From Oscillospiraceae bacterium (lineage in GTDB: Bacteria > Bacillota > Clostridia > Oscillospirales > UBA644): DNA of 64,000 nt. Both the position numbers and the translations under genes were made by a program. Below the pieces are notes generated by a model, which had not been told where the DNA came from, made no database searches, and saw nothing but the letters and a program-made list of their open reading frames with translations. Numbering within the stretch: the stretch's first letter is position 1; the number at the start of each line of letters is the position of its first letter. Below are positions 60,858 to 64,000 of the stretch, in pieces. The DNA is taken from NCBI GenBank assembly GCA_902783255.1, contig CACZQB010000055.1, forward strand, positions 16,367 to 80,366, read 5' to 3'.

Positions 60858-61292
60858 TCATTTATGATATTTTATATTATTGTTTATCGTGAACGCCCTG
60901 TAGATCTGTTCGAGTAAAATTATGCGCATAAGCTGATGCGGAAAAGTCATTTTTGAAAATGAAAGCTTCAGATCGGCGCGCGCCTTCACTTCTTTGTCAA
61001 GTCCGTCCGAGCCGCCGATAACAAACGTTATCTTCTGGGACGTCTGCGCGGTTTTTTCTATGAATTTTGCAAGGTCTTCCGAAGACATGCCGTCCCCTTC
61101 AACGCACAGCACTACGGTTTTACCCTTTATGCTTTTTATAACGGCGTCTTTTTCCTTTTCGGGCGAGCTTTCGGGCGTTTCAATGATCTCAAGGTCGCAG
61201 AATCTCGAAAGGCGTTTTATGTATTCCGCCGCGGCGTCTTTCAGATATTTTTCTTTAAGATTTCCCACGCAGACTATTCTTACGCCTATCAT
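60858..61292 (-). CDS. rlmH: 23S rRNA pseudouridine1915-N3 methyltransferase
   Basis: VGNLKEKY, EYIKRL, FVIGGSDG and SFSKMTFPHQLMRIILLEQIYRAF motifs; ends YHK. Confidence 0.95.
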   Translation of the reverse strand: MIGVRIVCVGNLKEKYLKDAAAEYIKRLSRFCDLEIIETPESSPEKEKDAVIKSIKGKTVVLCVEGDGMSSEDLAKFIEKTAQTSQKITFVIGGSDGLDKEVKARADLKLSFSKMTFPHQLMRIILLEQIYRAFTINNNIKYHK

Positions 61293-61515
61293 TTCGACCC
61301 TCCTGAATACCTATATATAATATGTTAACATAAAATGCGAAAAAAATCAAGTGATGACGCCGTCTTTTTTCCCTAGTTTTGAAAATCCGCCGTAATTTCG
61401 GCGCGCGGAACAAAAGTTTACAAATTATTTGCAGGTTTTTTCGCCGTTTCTATTGAGAAAGACGGTTTTTTGTGGTATAATTCATTTACTGTATGGAAAA
61501 ATAAGGAGATCATAT

Positions 61516-62607
61516 ATGAAACTCGGCATCGTAGGTTTGCCCAATGTGGGCAAAAGCACTCTTTTCAACGCCATAACAAACACAAATGTGGACGCTGAAA
61601 ACTATCCGTTCTGCACAATAGAGCCGAATGTGGGGGTAGTTGCCGTTCCCGATGAAAGACTTGACGTTTTGACTAAAATGTATGAGCCTCTTAAAACAAC
61701 GCACGCCGTAATTGAGTTCGTTGATATTGCGGGTCTCGTAAAAGGCGCGTCGAGAGGCGAAGGATTGGGCAACAAATTCCTTTCGCATATAAGAGAGGTA
61801 GACGCGATCGTGCATGTTGTGCGCTGTTTTGACGATGACAATATCGTGCACGTTGACGGCAGCGTTGACCCCGTAAGAGATATCGAAACGATAAATCTCG
61901 AACTCGTTTACGCCGATATGGAAACTGCGGAAAAAATGTGCGTACGCGCCGAAAAGAATGCGAAAGGCGATAAGACCCTTGCCGCCGAAGCCGCGCTTTT
62001 TGCCCGCGCGAAAACTTTTCTGGAGTCCGGCAGACCTCTTCACGCAATGGAAATGACGGACGATGAAAAAGCCATTTTATCTCTGGGTAGCTTTCTGACA
62101 TTAAAACCGGTTATTTACGCCGCAAATATGAGCGACGCGGATTTCGCCGCGAGAGAAACGAACGCTTATTTCAGCTCCGTAAAGGAATACGCGGAAAAAG
62201 AAGGATCTCAGATCCTTCCCGTATGCGCGAAATTCGAAAAAGAGATCTCGGAGCTTTCGGAAGAAGAAAAACTCATTTTTCTTGAAGACATAGGACTTGA
62301 AGAAAGCGGTCTTTCAAGACTGATAAAAGTATCGTATTCAACTCTCGGTCTTATCAGCTATCTCACCGCAGGCCGTGACGAGGTCCGCGCATGGACGATA
62401 ACAAAAGGCACAAAAGCGCCTGCCGCTGCAGGAAAAATACACAGTGACTTCGAAAAAGGATTTATCCGCGCTGAAGTTGTGGCTTTTGACGATCTTGTTG
62501 CGTGCGGTTCCATGAATGCCGCAAAAGAAAAGGGCCTTGTGAGAAGCGAGGGAAAAACGTATGAAATGAAAGACGGAGACGTTGTTTTGTTCAGATTTAA
62601 CGTATAA
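61516..62607 (+). CDS. ychF: Redox-regulated ATPase YchF
   Basis: [35 protein letters not shown] and GLGNKFL motifs; ends FRFNV. Confidence 0.97.
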   Translation: MKLGIVGLPNVGKSTLFNAITNTNVDAENYPFCTIEPNVGVVAVPDERLDVLTKMYEPLKTTHAVIEFVDIAGLVKGASRGEGLGNKFLSHIREVDAIVHVVRCFDDDNIVHVDGSVDPVRDIETINLELVYADMETAEKMCVRAEKNAKGDKTLAAEAALFARAKTFLESGRPLHAMEMTDDEKAILSLGSFLTLKPVIYAANMSDADFAARETNAYFSSVKEYAEKEGSQILPVCAKFEKEISELSEEEKLIFLEDIGLEESGLSRLIKVSYSTLGLISYLTAGRDEVRAWTITKGTKAPAAAGKIHSDFEKGFIRAEVVAFDDLVACGSMNAAKEKGLVRSEGKTYEMKDGDVVLFRFNV

Positions 62608-62620
62608 GAAGGGGCAGCAA

Positions 62621-64000
62621 ATGAAAAATCTACTGTTTATAGGCAACAGTCTTATAAGGACAGGTTCGGTTCCCGAAAACACCGCAAAGCTTTTTTCCGA
62701 AAACGGCGCGGATATAAGCGTTTTTGCGTGCAAAAAGGACGGCTACACGCTTGCTATGCACGAAGCGGATTTTGCGAATGGCGACTTTGAAAACGAACTC
62801 GCAAACGCCGATATTGTTGTTTTGCAGGAATACGGTACGGAATATTATTCAACGCGTGAGTCTGTCAAAAAAATAATAAGCCGTCTTAAAAAGGAAGCGG
62901 AAGTTTATTATCTTTTAACAGAATGGGACATAGGCAGAAACAGGATAAACGAGCTTCGTTCTTTGCCTGTCCGTTTTATTCCGTCCGGTCATATTCACGA
63001 CAGATCGGTAAAAGAAAACATATTCGATTACGACGAGCTGCATCTGCCCGAGGATTACCATCCGTCTTTTTTATACGGTAAAATAGCTGCCGCCGCCGTA
63101 TATCTTGCGGTTACCGGCGCATTTCCCGAAAAAGCCGATGAAGATATCAATAAAGTCAGAGATATTATAATAGAAGAAAACAAAACCGAAAACAATCTCC
63201 TTTCCGTTCTTGTCGTCGGAGGCGGCGGAAGGGAACACGCTATCATAAAAAGTCTTATCGAGTCACGCCGCACGGGACTTCTTTATGCTGCGCCGGGCAA
63301 CGGAGGGACTCAGCTTGATTTTGTGCAGAATATCGACCTGAAAGCGACAGATGTTGACGGAGTAGTTAAATTCTCCAAAGAAAACGCGATAGATTTCGTT
63401 GTTGTGGCTCCTGACGATCCGCTTATGCTGGGCATGGTCGATGCGCTCGAAAAAGAAGGAATAAAAGCGTTCGGTCCAAGAAAAAACGCCGCCATAATAG
63501 AGGGCAGCAAGGTCTTTTCAAAGCAGCTCATGAAAAAATACGGTATTCCCACCGCGCCGTTTGAAGTGTTCGACGATTATGAACAGGCGTGTGCATACGT
63601 GAAAAAGCACGGCGCTCCGATAGTTGTAAAAGCTGACGGTCTTGCTCTTGGCAAAGGTGTTGTGGTAGCGCAGACCGTTGACGAGGCGTTGGAAGCGCTG
63701 ACCGAAATAATGTGCAACAGAATATTCGGAGAGTCCGGCGCAAAGGTGGTACTTGAAGACTGTCTTTACGGCAGAGAGATATCCGTTCTTGCCTTCACGG
63801 ACGGTAAAACGCTCCGTCCGATGGTCTCTTCGCAGGACCATAAACGCGCGTATGACGGCAATAAGGGTCCGAATACGGGAGGTATGGGCACTCTTGCGCC
63901 GAGTCCGGTTTATACTGCGGAAGTTGCAGAAGAATGTATGGAAAAAATATTCATACCTACAGTAAACGCAATGAAAGCGGAAGGACGGACCTTTAAGGGT
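62621..64000 (+). CDS. purD: SGNH-hydrolase-like domain fused to phosphoribosylamine--glycine ligase, 3'-truncated by the window edge
   Basis: Hand translation from ATG 62621 is open into the PurD domain: MKNLLFIGNSL...VVLQE...EDYHPS, then in frame VLVVGGGGREHA, APGNGG, EGSK, VKADGLALGKGV, QDHKR and GPNTGGMG. No stop is reached before the edge, which explains its absence from the ORF track. Confidence 0.88.
   Translation, partial: MKNLLFIGNSLIRTGSVPENTAKLFSENGADISVFACKKDGYTLAMHEADFANGDFENELANADIVVLQEYGTEYYSTRESVKKIISRLKKEAEVYYLLTEWDIGRNRINELRSLPVRFIPSGHIHDRSVKENIFDYDELHLPEDYHPSFLYGKIAAAAVYLAVTGAFPEKADEDINKVRDIIIEENKTENNLLSVLVVGGGGREHAIIKSLIESRRTGLLYAAPGNGGTQLDFVQNIDLKATDVDGVVKFSKENAIDFVVVAPDDPLMLGMVDALEKEGIKAFGPRKNAAIIEGSKVFSKQLMKKYGIPTAPFEVFDDYEQACAYVKKHGAPIVVKADGLALGKGVVVAQTVDEALEALTEIMCNRIFGESGAKVVLEDCLYGREISVLAFTDGKTLRPMVSSQDHKRAYDGNKGPNTGGMGTLAPSPVYTAEVAEECMEKIFIPTVNAMKAEGRTFKG

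Noticed and set aside
1-64000. Transposases, integrases, prophage genes, tRNA or rRNA
   Set aside because: No ORF or intergenic region shows the relevant motifs; intergenic gaps are short or explained by promoters and terminators.

Overview
64-kb chromosomal segment, probably from a Clostridia-type (Bacillota) anaerobe, judged from gene content and sigmaA promoter/Shine-Dalgarno (SD) style. From the left it holds: the 3' end of an EcoRI-family adenine methyltransferase paired with a DUF262-HNH nuclease; a radical SAM gene, two TIM-barrel isomerases and murC; and an unusual 12-kb eight-gene carbohydrate-uptake-like operon. That operon encodes a giant multi-domain solute-binding protein, two permeases, an NHL/TPR membrane-anchored protein, a YIP1 protein, a DUF5696-like lipoprotein and two more permeases, with no ATPase, hydrolase or regulator. 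A 1428-aa secreted S-layer-like protein with strong codon bias follows. Housekeeping blocks include asnA-asnS-aminotransferase-purB-smpB-ruvCAB, galE-aconitase, secDF, reverse rubrerythrin, fbaA, pgm, rlmH and ychF, and there is a GH31/GH35 operon. mgtE has a long structured leader containing a uORF. A PAPS-supply operon (cysC-cysQ fusion, cysD, cysNC split by a 4-bp duplication) lies divergent from a sulfotransferase. At the right edge is an SGNH-like domain fused in frame to PurD, missing from the ORF track. No tRNA, rRNA, CRISPR array or transposase was recognised. All family assignments come from motif recognition by eye, not database searches.
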